Notes under the pieces: model-generated
What the model was told of the DNA's origin: nothing
Database searches by the model: none
What the model saw: the letters and a program-made list of their open reading frames with translations, nothing else
Part shown: positions 14,081 through 25,955 of the stretch, one piece after another
Layout: every line of letters begins with the position of its first letter
How positions within the stretch are numbered: position 1 is the stretch's first letter
Translations under genes and position numbers: made by a program
DNA from: Paraspadella gotoi
Lineage: Eukaryota; Animalia; Chaetognatha
Assembly: GCA_051294375.1 (NCBI GenBank)
Contig: CM119271.1
Location: 4,669,353 to 4,733,352, forward strand
DNA: 64,000 bases
Reading direction: 5' to 3'

Positions 14081-14359
14081 TCATCTGTAATACCCTTTCA
14101 TGTTCGAAGTCCTCGCGATTTCTCCCATCCCTCTCTCCTCGAACATTTTCGTCAACTTCCTCCAGATCTTCTCTATGTCCTCGAAGATCTGCTTCCCGAC
14201 CTCCAGTCGTCCGTCCACTTTGAACGGGGACATCATTGCCTCCCTCGACGGCAAGAGCGCCGTCATGGCCAATTTGGCGCCGGTTCGGACGAGCCAGGTG
14301 TGGCGTCGCGCATAAGACGCTTCGTAGGCTAATCTGCAGGCGGAAGCGCTCGTCCCCGT
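14081..14359 (-). CDS. GLTP/CPTP-fold protein (GLTPD2-like), last exon
   Basis: After ttccag acceptor: TGTSASACRLAYEASYARRHTWLVRTGAKLAMTALLPSREAMM..., matching the GLTP-family AYxxxxxxxHxWxVRxxxxxAxxxLPxR motif; stop at 14081. Confidence 0.8.
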   Translation of the reverse strand, partial: TGTSASACRLAYEASYARRHTWLVRTGAKLAMTALLPSREAMMSPFKVDGRLEVGKQIFEDIEKIWRKLTKMFEERGMGEIARTSNMKGYYR

Positions 14360-14589
14360 CTGGAAATTCGGCGGATCGGAGAAAAGAATAATGCATATAT
14401 GTTATTGCCAATTGCCAATAATTGCCAACAATTGCCAATAATATTGGGTTTGAAATTTTTTTATTATAATAGTATTATTAAGACGAGTAGTCGAGTATCT
14501 TATTGGGCAAACTGGATAATAATTTATCGCAAATTGACGTGAAAAATGAATTCATTGTTAATTCCTTTGTACGTAATGAAGGTTAAATG

Positions 14590-14730
14590 TGAAGGGACAG
14601 TCATAATTGTTATGAGTTAGTGACAGAACCGTTCAATATAAGCATTAAGCAGTCCCTGAGCTTCGGATCAGGCTGTAACACCGTGTTACAGGCGGATTAA
14701 GCGCCCCGTCTCTCTTAACTTCTAGGCGAC
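14590..14730 (-). mobile_element. Partial TRIM-type LTR in intron 2 of the GLTP-fold gene
   Basis: TGAAGGGACAGT...CCCTGAGCTTCGGATCAGGCTGTAACACCGTGTTACAGGCGG matches 45585-45720. Confidence 0.75.
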
Positions 14731-15419
14731 CGTGGGTGAAATCAACTTGAAACCTGGTTAAAACGTGTAATTTAATCAAATAAATTTAGATAAAACTTCA
14801 GAATAGAAATCGGATTACGCTATACTAAAAAACCCAAGATATATATCGATCATTCATTTTAAAAATCTATTTGCATATTGCGGTCCTAAAGTCGTTCTCC
14901 CTCCGTCCATCATTATAGGGTAGCGGCGTTTAAAAAAAAAAAAAAAGCCCAGTCTTTGTCGACTTATCGAAAGAGGAAAGTCCAAGACTATTACGCTTGC
15001 GAAGGATGATATTGGGACGAGCTGCTTCAAGAGTACCTCGAGGCCAATTCCGCAGTCATGGAATTGAAAATGATAAAGAAATGAAATCCCTCCTACTTAA
15101 TTACACTTTTGACTAGCATTTTGTTATCTCCTTTTTTAGCTATGAAAGCTTAGAGTGTCCACAAACATAACCATAATATAACAGATACTATAATTCTTAA
15201 ATATCACGTGTCAAAGTCAAGATATAATCGAGGTATAGCTAGATATTAAATAGATCTAGCTTTTTTATTATATATCATATATTATAAATTATTCATATAT
15301 AGAAAAAAAATCCGGCAGAATTTACGAAAGAGCTTCACCGATTTTGTCGCAAAAGGAAAAAAAAATGATCCTCCAGCTCCAAAGACTCCAAGCCGCTCGT
15401 CCTTTTCCGCCCATCTCAC

Positions 15420-15717
15420 CTTCGGAACCTCGAAGAGTCGACGCCCGAAGTGGAAGAGGAACTCGAGGAGCCGCTGGAGATGTTGGAGGTTGACGGAGCC
15501 GACGAGGTGATCGCTGGGGATCGAGGAGGGGCTCGAGAATTTGGGAGGAAGCCTCGAGACTACCGTCGGTTTGCGAAGGAGACCGGCGTCGGAATTGTCG
15601 TCGGGTCTTCTCTTGTCGAACGACGCCGGATCGGGGTTCAAAGATCGAAGGAATCTATCGAGTTCGAAGTCCATCATTCCTTCGACGGTTTCGTTGGCTC
15701 CGGAGGCCGAGGCGTTT
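15420..15717 (-). CDS. GLTP/CPTP-fold protein, exon 2
   Basis: cag/gtgag boundaries, 298 nt, phases compatible with both neighbours; NASASGANETVEGMMDFEL...VGSVNLQHLQRLLEFLFHF resembles CPTP SLQAMVAHEL...SGCRTVLRLHRALHWL. Confidence 0.75.
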
Positions 15718-16214
15718 CTGCGGTGGACGAAGGTGTTGAGGGATGGTTGAGAAGGGGAAATTTAATGAATAATCTGAAGTAGGCAAACTTATTTTTAAAA
15801 TTAAAAAAATTAAGAGTTCGGAAATCTCGTTTACTGTATAGTCGTGAATTCAAGGATCACATATTGATCACTTATTTATTCACATAGTAAATCATTTATT
15901 CGTCACATATCTTTACTGGACAAAAGTCTGGTCCTCCAGTTTACAAAAAAATTGTACATTGATTTCTCTTTTGTCATTTTTATGCCACAGACGAAGTAAG
16001 TAATAATATATCAGGGGCAAGATAGCTTATTTATAAAATGAATGGATAATTTTTATATTGGTTGTACATTTCATATGATTTTATGTCCAGTTGTCAATAT
16101 AAAATTGACATTGTCAAGTGACTGCTTCTTTTCGTTTCCTTCTAATTCGATTCACTGACAAAAGACAACAATGGACTCTCCTCCCTTTCCCCCCCCCAGC
16201 GCCCCCTCCCTCAC

Positions 16215-16681
16215 CTCCCGCCCTCCTCCACCAAATCCACGGTCTCCTCGAGCACGCCTCCCGCAAATTCGTAAGGCCGGCCCAACGTCGCCTTCGAGTA
16301 GAGGCAGACGAGTCTGTAGGCGCGGACGAAGGCTCGGAGGTCGAGCCCGGGGCGATGGAGGGTTTGGCGGAGGGCGGAGGCGAGGGAGGTCGGGTCGAAA
16401 GAGTTGGGGACGGACAGAGTAGGGGAGGAAGAGGAGGAAGAGGAGGAAGAGGAAAACGACGACGATGTCGAAGAAAACCTCCGCTGCTCCAAAGGAGTAA
16501 AGACGAACCCGACGAAGACGACGACGCCGACGACGACGAGAAGATTGGCGAAGGATTTCCGAGAAATGACGCGGCGACGAGCGACGACGACGACGGGAGC
16601 GGCGCGCGTGCGCAGATCGTCGAGAAGTTTGTTGAAGCCGAAGGAAGAGGGCGCGACGGGTCGATCCGCGGAGAAGAGCAT
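16215..16681 (-). CDS. GLTP/CPTP-fold protein, exon 1 (basic N-terminus, TM helix, Ser-rich stem, start of GLTP domain)
   Basis: ATG at 16681; RRRVISRKSFANLLVVVGVVVFVGFVFTPL; poly-Ser; FDPTSLASALRQTL...LDLRAFVRAYRLV...LGRPYEF; donor gtgag at 16214. The three exons splice to an open ~347-aa frame. Confidence 0.75.
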
Positions 16682-17358
16682 GACGGGAGGTTGGTCGAGG
16701 GTTTTGAAGGGATGTAAAAGGTGGTCGGAAAATTTCGGCCGCGTTGTGGGATTTTATTTTTTAAGTACTACCTTCTAAATGCTTTTAAAATTATTTAGTA
16801 TTCTTAGTATTCTTAGTATTCTTAGTAGATTACAGCCCGTCTCGTGGCAATTATAGTATCATTATCATCATTCTTAGCCAAGCGATTTCCCCCATTACGT
16901 TCGACGATACGGGTCCCAAGTCGAAACAATTTGGTTCTTAAAGAAAAGTTTCGTGTCTCGATATTCAGACCGTCCGCTGTTCAAAACCAGTTTTCAATCC
17001 AAAAATCATGACGAAATCCACAAACCGGTTTTAGGGACCTGGTCTGTAATCATGCCGCCGAGGAGACTTGGCTTTCGGACTGACCTCGAGCCTTCGATTC
17101 CGGTTTTAGAAAGGGAACAGCAGTTTGCACCAAAAAAAACTGCATTGTCTTTCTTTATTAAAGAAGAAATTCTAACGATTCTTTTCGGTTTCAAAAATTC
17201 TCTACAATTGCTTCTTCTCCTACCCGCCATCTTCCCCTTGCTTCATTAATCCTCGTCCTCTTCTCCACCTCCCCCGTTTGCCCTTTGCCCTTCCTCTTCC
17301 TCATCCGATTTCCTTTGTTGACGTTTTCTTCTTCTTTGTTTACGTTTTAGGGAGGCTT

Positions 17359-17444
<86 letters not shown>

Positions 17445-18946
17445 TTCTTGTTATTTCGTTGTTAATGAAAGTTTCAGGTTCTGTCTTGCTCTCTCCATTT
17501 TCTTCCAATGTTTGTTCAACTCAATGGATTTCGAGTAGAGAAAAAGTTTGCTCTCAGTCTCACAGTTTCGAATTTCACTGAGTTTTCTGTTTTCTTGTAT
17601 AAATTATGTAATATGTATACATTGCTAAAACCTAAATTTAGATCTCTTGAATGTCTAAAGGATCCTATGATCTTTTAAAAATTATGTCATAAACTTTTTG
17701 ATAAATAAATTTTGATGTCTAAAAAATACTATTTTAATTAATTATGTTTTTTAAATCTAGTAAATCAAGTAAAATTATTTCAAATATTTTTTTTTTCATT
17801 AATTCAATTTCATTGATTAATCGATGTCATTTTGTTGACAACATTTCAACGCGTTTGGCATCCGCCTTTTGTTTTTTCGCGCCACTTTTCAGTCGCCAAC
17901 GTAATTTGCATCTTTTCAATATGTTTTTATTCGCCTCGTTCTAGATTTTTTTTGGTTTTGTTTTCATTTTTGTTTAGATTAAAAAAGTTTTTTTTTTACG
18001 AAAGCTTTTTCTTCTCCCAGCTTTTGGATTCACCATTTTTTTTCTTTTCCTCCCATCCATATTCGTTCTTTTTTTATTCATTCTTTCTTCTTTTCAATAA
18101 TTCATCGTTTTCCCTTTTTCTTACTCTTATTGTCGCTTTCGCTTTTGTCAATCCACAACGAGGCTTCCGAACCAATTTACATTTTCCTACCTTTTCTTTT
18201 CTTTTTTCTTTTTTTTTTTTTAACCTTTTTCCGTTTCGTTTTCGTATCGAATTCAATTATTATTATTTTTCTTCGTCCATGTTTCGCCGATTTCTCCTTT
18301 TTTAAGTCTTTATTTTTAACTTTTTTTGTTTTCCTTTTATTTCCTCTGGCTTCTTTTTGAATCTTCCCCTTTTATTTCTTTCCACCATCTTTGTTCTGTC
18401 TTTTCCTCTTCCTCTTCCTTCTCCTTCGCCTCCCAAAAGGGAGCGCTCCTCGTCTCGGCGTCCCGCTTGAGCCACAAAGAAACTTCGCAAGTCATTTGAA
18501 TACCTGAAAATTCTCCATCTCTCGCTCTCTTTTTTCGTCCCTCTTTAGTTTTTTTTTATTTTTTGTCTCTATTGCTTTATCTTTCTTAATCTTCTAATTC
18601 TATTAGTTTTGTTCATATTTATCGTTAGTTCATTTTTTTCCTTCTCTTTCTTTCTTTCTTTCTTTCTATCTTTCTTTCTATCTTTATTTCTTTCCTTCTT
18701 TCTTCATTGTTTTCTCTTTTCTTGGGAGCTCTTGCGTTTTATGAAATAAACGTACAAACGACAATGGAACGCAGGAACAAAAAATAAGAAGAGGAAGAGA
18801 AAGAGAGAGAGAGAGAGANNNNNNNNNNNNNNNNNNNNNNNNNTGATGAGACGAGAGAGGTGAGAGATGGAGAGTGAGAAGAGAGCAGAGAGATCGGATG
18901 GACGCGGGAGAGAGAGGAGAGAGAGCGGGGAAGAGAGAGAGAGAGG

Positions 18947-19019
<73 letters not shown>

Positions 19020-19094
19020 GCACTGAGCACAGTGAGCATGAGCAGGGGGTAAAAACATAAAAAGAGCGAGGAAAAAGGCTTAAGAAATGTTAAT

Positions 19095-19240
19095 CAGAGG
19101 CAGGAACGTAGAGACTTCGTGTCACAGGAAGGAATAAAGATAAAGATAGTTAAAGAAAGGAAGGAAGAAAGACAGGTGAAGACAAAGATAGACAGTAGAC
19201 TGGTGAACGAGGAGTGGAGCGTATACTATGGATCGTATGA

Positions 19241-19325
<85 letters not shown>

Positions 19326-21589
19326 AAGGAGGAGGGGAGGAGTGGTTCATAAGTTAAAAAAAACTAACGTGAAAATAAATAATGTTCTGAACAACGAAAA
19401 AAATCTGATGTCAGAAAACGACCTAAACTCAATATGCGAACAAAAATGATAAAAGAAAGAAGGTAAGGTACTAAGTTCGCTGGGTAAGTTCCAAGACCTC
19501 GGCGTAGTTCGGAGCGCACTTCGGAATTCGCCTAAAATTTAAACTTGAATATTTCAGTCGCAGAGGCCAAAGTTAAAATTCGCCTCTCCTTATCCTTAGT
19601 CCTTAGTCCTTACCAACCTACCCTCTTTTTCCTTCTTCAATTTTCCCATCCTCTCTATGCAAATCGATTTTAGCGCCGCGCCCATTACAGCGATGATCGA
19701 CGACGCCGACGAGACGACGACGACACGCGAGCGACGACGACGACGACGACATTATTGCCTATTGTCTTTCGACAATGATAGTTATTAGGTCTTATTTTTT
19801 TATCTTCGTCGATTTTCGACGCTTATGAAGAGGTTTTCGTTGATGGCTGAATTATTGCGAAATCAATCGGGTCCATAATTATATATATTTTAAATTTTGC
19901 TTTTAGAAAATTAGGTTTGGATTGGAAGAATATTATTAGAGATTGCCTTTTTTGCATAAAAAAAAAAATTCTAAATTTTACTAAAATTGTTATTACCAAA
20001 AAAAAGCAATGTTATTAATTTAATATTTTGATATTATTTAATTAAAAAAAGATAATATTATTATTAATACGTTTATTACTGGCTCTCCCGGTTTATCTTT
20101 GAGAGAAATTCATTTCTGACGAGTCGCATTCTTTCTATCCATTTTCTTCGTCGTCCCTATTTTTCCCCAAGACTTTTTCACTTCCGGTTTTTTCCACAAT
20201 CGAAAAAACTTTTAGCTTCACCTTCTCTTCTCGTAAAACTGTCTGACTGTTCAATCTTTAGCGAAAAAGCTTTACTGCCGGCCTTAAGAACTGATTGGAA
20301 AAAAACCCTCCGACCAAGATATATATCCATACCTCGCTCGCTCCTCTCTCTTCCTCTCTCTCTCTCCTCTCTCTCTCTCTTCTCCTCTCTCTCTCCCTCT
20401 CCTCTCTCTCTCTCTCTCTTTACGCACGCCTAAGTCATTTATTGTCTTTGATTACTCTCGGGATTTGTTGACCTTTGACCCAGATCGATCCTGACCTTTC
20501 CGTCGATCAGAGTTACGGATCCTCGAGAATTTAAAATGTTTTGTCTTTCAACGTTCCTCCTTTTTCTCGGTTTTCTCTGTCCCTGCCACAGGCCACAACC
20601 TTCTTTCCCAGATCATCCAATCTGCTAGCCCCTTCATGAAATGGTTCCATTGTTCGACACCGACTGCCAACTTTTGCCAGATGAACTAACCTTACTAGTA
20701 TTTAAAACGATCGATCAATAAAATATGAATACTTTTCGACTCTGTTTCCGATAGTGCCCCCATTTATCCAGAATTTAATTTTAATTCGAATATATAACTA
20801 AACGTTTCTTGAATCTATAACATCATCCCTTGATGTGTTTAAAGATTAACTTTATTCCGAATTTAAGATGAAATGGGGCTGTTCTGAAGAAAATAAAGCC
20901 TAATTTTTTCCGATATGAGCGATCGATAAGAAAAGTGTCGAGAAGCGGATGTCGAAAAACCGAATTAAATTCTTCGTCACGACATAAAAAGGCGTCGAAG
21001 TGTTTAGAGAAAAAGGAATTTTATGAATGTCGGTTTTGGGGTGGCGGTGGGCGGGGGAGTGGGCGGGGGGGAGTAGGGCTGGGGCAGGGGGAGGAGGGGA
21101 GCGAAGCCGTTTTGAAATTTTCGATTTGCAGAAAGAAGATTTAGATTTTTTTTTTAGATTTGAATCCAATTTAAGATTTAATGATGAAGAATAGAAAGGA
21201 ATAAAATTTAATCTTTTTTTTTTTCTCTCTGGATTTACATCTTACTCATTGAGGAAAACAACAACAACAACAACGACAACCGAAACAACAAGAACTACGA
21301 CACAAAACTTATACCGTTACCATGACGACTTCGCCACGCGGAGATCCTTTCTCTATCATCCCTATACTTGCATATTCATACCATTTACATTTAGTTGCGC
21401 GCGAGTACTCGCGGAGCAACTCATCTCTCTCCTTTCAGGCAGGAACGTAGAGACTTCGTGTCACAGGAAGGAATAAAGAATAAAGATAGTTAAAGAAAGG
21501 AAGGAAGAAAGACAGGTGAAGACAAAGATAGACAGTAGACTGGTGAAAGAGGAGTGGAGCGATACTATGGATCGTATGAAGTGAGAGAG

Positions 21590-21685
<96 letters not shown>

Positions 21686-22087
21686 AAGAAAGAGAGAGAG
21701 ATGGGGAGGAGTGGTTCATAAGTTAAAAAAACTAACGTGAAAATAAATAATGTTCTGAACAACGAAAAAAAATCTGATGTCAGAAAACGACCTAAACTCA
21801 ATATGCGAACAAAAAATGATAAAAAGAAAGAAGGTAAGGTACTAAGTTCGCTGGGTAAGTTCCAAGACCTCGGCGTAGTTCGGAGCGCACTTACGGAATT
21901 CGTCCTAAAATTTAAACTTGAATATTTTCAGTCGCAGAGCCAAAGTTAAAATTCGCCCTCTCCTTAGTCCTTAGTCCTTAGTCCTTACCCAAACCTACCC
22001 TCTTTTTCCTTCTCAATTTTCCATCCTCTCTATGCAAATCGATTTTAGCGCCGCGCCCATTACAGCGATGATCGACGACGCCGACGC

Positions 22088-22130
<43 letters not shown>

Positions 22131-22757
22131 ATTATTGCCTATTGTCTTTTCGACAATGATAGTTATTAGGTCTTTTTTTTATCTTCGTCGATTTTCGACG
22201 CTTATGAAGAGAAGTTTTCGTTGATGGCTGAATTATGCGAAATCAATCGGGTCCATGATTAGTCATTGTTCACCGTTTTATTTTTAGTCAAAGGTTTTGC
22301 GCAAATATTTAAATTTTGCTTTTAGAAAATTAGGGTTTGGTTTGGTTGGAAGAAATATTATTAAGATTGCTTTTTTTGCATAAAAAAAAAATTCTAAATT
22401 TTACTAAAATTGTTTATTACCCAAAAAAAAGCAATGTTATTAATTATAATATTTTGATATTATAATTAAAAAAAGATAATATTATTATTAATACGTTTAT
22501 TACTGGCTCTCCGGTTTATCTTTGAGAGAAATTCATTTCTGACGAGTCGCATTCTTTCTCCATTTTCTTCGTCGTCCCTATTTTTCCCCCCAAGACTTTT
22601 TCACTTCCGGTTTTTTCCACAATCGAGAAAACTTTTAGCTTCACCTTCTCTTCCCGTAAAACTGTCTGACTGTTCAATCTTTAGCGAAAAAGCTTTACTG
22701 CCAGCCTTAAGACTCTGATTGGAAAAAAACCCTCCGACCAAGATATATATCCCGTAC

Positions 22758-22833
<76 letters not shown>

Positions 22834-23826
22834 ACGCCGCCTAAGTCATTTATTGTCTTTGATTACTCTCGGGATTGTTGACCTTTGACCCCAGATCGAT
22901 CCCTGACCTTTCCGTCGATCAGAGTTACGGATCCTCGAGAATTTAAAATGTTTTGTCTTTCAACGTTCCCTCCTTTTTCTCGGTTTTCTCTGTCCCTGCC
23001 ACAGGGCCACAACCCTTCTTCCCCAGATCATCCAATCTGCTAGCCCCTTCCATGAAATGGTTCCATTGTTCGACACCGACTGCCAACTTTTGCCAGATGA
23101 ACTAACCTTACTAGTATTTAAAACGATCGATCAATAAAATATGAATACTTTTCGACTCTGTTTTCCGATAGTGCCCCCATTTATCCCAGAATTTAATTTT
23201 AATTCGAATATATAACTTAAACGTATTCTTGAATCTATAACATCATCCCTTGATTGTTTAAAGATTAACTTTATTCCGAATTTAAGATGAAATGGGGCGT
23301 TCTGAGAAAATAAAGCCTAATTTTTTCCGATATGAGCGATCGATAAGAAAAGTGTCGAGAAGCGGATGTCGAAAAACCGAATTAAATTCTTCGTCACGAC
23401 ATAAAAAGGCGTCGAAGTGTTTAGAGAAAAAGGAATTTATGAATGTCGGTTTTGGGGTGGCGGTGGCGGGGGGAGTGGGGCGGGGGGAGTAGGGCTGGGG
23501 CAGGGGGAGGAGGGGAGCGAAGCCGTTTTGAAATTTTCGATTTGCAGAAAGAAGATTTAGATTTTTTTTTTAGATTTGAATCCAATTTAAGATTTAATGA
23601 TGAAGAATAGAAAGGAATAAAATTTAATCTTTTTTTTTTCTCTCCTGGATTTTACATCTTACTCATTGAGGAAAAACAACAACAACAACAACGACAACCG
23701 AAACAACAAGAACTACGACACAAAACTTATACCGTTACCATGACGACTTCGCCACGCGGAGATCCTTTCTCTATCATCCCTATACTTGCCATATTCATAC
23801 CATTTACATTTTTAGTTGCGCCGCGA
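19095..23826. repeat. Second tandem duplication ~19095-21420 / ~21436-23826 (start also matches 13190-13740)
   Basis: Collinear near-identical blocks starting GGCAGGAACGTAGAGACTTCGTGTCACAGG; differences mainly homopolymer indels. Confidence 0.85.
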
Positions 23827-24020
23827 GTACTCGCGGAGCAACTCTATAAGTCACTTTTGGGTCGGTGGGTCCGTCGGTCGGTCTGTCGGTTGGTCCGTCG
23901 GTTTGTCTGTCCGTCGGTCTGTCCCACTTACGTTAAAAACCTATAGTTTGTTGCTCATTTGTTTTTAAAGAAATCTTATAAGTAATGCGGCGCTGGCGCA
24001 ACATCTTGGAATAACCGTTC
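23812..24020 (+). mobile_element. Family A (DINE-1/HINE-like) copy
   Basis: TTTTAGTTGCGCCGCGAGTACTCGCGGAGCAACTCTATAAGTCACTTTT + (GTCGGTCT)n + CCCACTTACGTTAAAAAC. Confidence 0.7.
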
Positions 24021-24754
24021 CTTGTTACTTTTTTCGTATGCCAATAATAAAATATGATTCTCTTTTAAAACTAATAAAACAGTCAAATACAAGTCAAATA
24101 CAAGCAATACCGAGACTCTTCTNNNNNNNNNNACGCCGAATATTATCTCTATTGGCCAAACAAACCACCCCACGTCCATCCACGCCCCCCTCCACTCGGT
24201 CCACTCCCACTCATCCCAAATCCACTCCCCCCCCTTTTTTTTTTCTTTCTCCACCAAAAAGAAAACATCATCCATCTTTCTTTTTTTTCCTTTTCGTCCC
24301 ATAATTTTTATCCGGATTCGTGACGCTGAATCCAAAACTCGATTGAATCTCTGAATCTCGTCTCGGGACTTTTTTTTTTTTGTCTGTGGCCATTCGTTTC
24401 GTGGAATCGGCGCCGGATTCTTTCCCGCGGTTCCATCCACGGCGCCGCCTAGCCGGCGCCGCCGACGCCTCAAATCCGGAGAGAGAAGAAACGGCGCTTT
24501 TTTTTTTTTATTAATAGCGATGGACTTTGCAATCAAGTTTTTTTTTTCGGGCGACGGCGACGCAAGATGCTTGTTTTAATGAGGTCGTTGGCGGTCGTTT
24601 GTCGTCGTCGTCGNNNNNNNNNNCGTCGTCGTCGTTCTTGAAAATTGAAGAGGAATTCTCCGACACGCGTCGATGAAGTTGGAAGAAACGGAAGAAGAAA
24701 TTGAAAATGAAAAATTCATTGATTTTTTTTCTTTTATTCCCAAAAACCACTCAA

Positions 24755-25010
24755 AGAAAAGAAAAGAAAAGAAGAGAAAAGAAAAGAAAAGAAAAGGAAA
24801 GGAAAGGAAAGGAAAGGAAAGGAAAGGAAAGGAAAGGAGAGAGGAAAAGAAAAGAAAAGAAAAGAAAAGAAAAAAGTAAAGAAAATAAAAACAAAGAAAA
24901 CAAGAAAAGAAAAGAAAAGAAAAGAAAAGAAAAGAAAAGAAAAGAAAATATAAGAAAAAAGAAAAGAAAAGAAAAGAAAAGAAAAGAAAAACTAAAAAGA
25001 GAGGAGAAAA
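24755..25010. repeat. (GAAAA)n/(GGAAA)n polypurine microsatellite
   Basis: Direct reading. Confidence 0.95.
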
Positions 25011-25955
25011 ACTCCCTTAGGAGTACTAAAAAAAATATCCTTCTTTGGAACGATTTTCGCTTTCCCTTAAAAAAATAGTTTTAAGGGGACGACAGCCTTG
25101 ATTGGGAATCGTCTCGGACGGATGATTTCGCACTTTTAAAAAAGTGAATATTTACGGAAAATCTTCCGTGACAACAAGTTTGACAGAAATGCTTAAAATA
25201 AAAAAGAAATAAATGGAAAAATAAATAAGAAATGAAAAAAAAGTGCGAAATCTAAATCTACGCCCTCGCCCCAAGTTTTTAAAAGGAGACAATTTTTTTT
25301 TGGTTAAAAAAAATTAAGGAGATAAAGTTTTCACTTTTGACGACGAAAACGATGAAGACGAAAAAGGAAATAATCTCCAAAAATTTAAAGATAAAAATAT
25401 CAAAGGAAAAAAAGAAAAAAAAAGGAAATGATAAATGAGCTCAAGTTTTTGAATGAAGCTTTTCTTTTTTCGCGCGCCAATTTATTTTTACTAAATTTTA
25501 TTCGTTCCTAATTTAAAGAATCCTACTTTTTATAAATGTGTTGATATACTATTTATGGCTCAAAGTGCTCATTATTCGGTATTTCAGTATTTGAAATTTA
25601 ATTTTCATGAGCTCATAGAAATAACTATCCTCGTATCGTTCGTAAAAATATCTTCATTTTCGAAAAAAAAAACAATTTCAAATATTTTACCGACGCCAGA
25701 GGATTTAAAGCAATCGTTCAGTTTTTATGGGTTTTTCTTGGCTTAACTACTTCGACAATTTTTGTAAGACTGATGAGTAACGAAATTATTATTTTCTTTT
25801 CGACAGAGGTTTTTCCAAGTGGTTATTTGAAAATAAATAAATTTAAAAAAAGGCAAATAATAAACATTTTCTTTTGGTTTTTATTTCTTATTAATAGACT
25901 ACTTTCCTCTCTTCCTGCCCCCTACCGTCAAATCTTTCCATGACCCACGCCGCAG

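Larger units (their letters stand above)
7286..19600. repeat. Tandem duplication ~7286-13740 / ~13766-19600, probably uncollapsed haplotypes or overfilled gap
   Basis: Both copies start GTTTCTTATTAGAT and are collinear; separated by exactly 25 Ns (13741-13765); differences mostly 1-bp indels. Confidence 0.85.

Noticed and set aside
14950-15085. Short plus-strand coding-like stretch (RMILDELLQEYLE) in the GLTP intron
   Set aside because: Too short, indel-affected, and no start or splice support
23004-23135. Exon-like stretch open on both strands (also ~20590)
   Set aside because: No recognisable homology or partner exon
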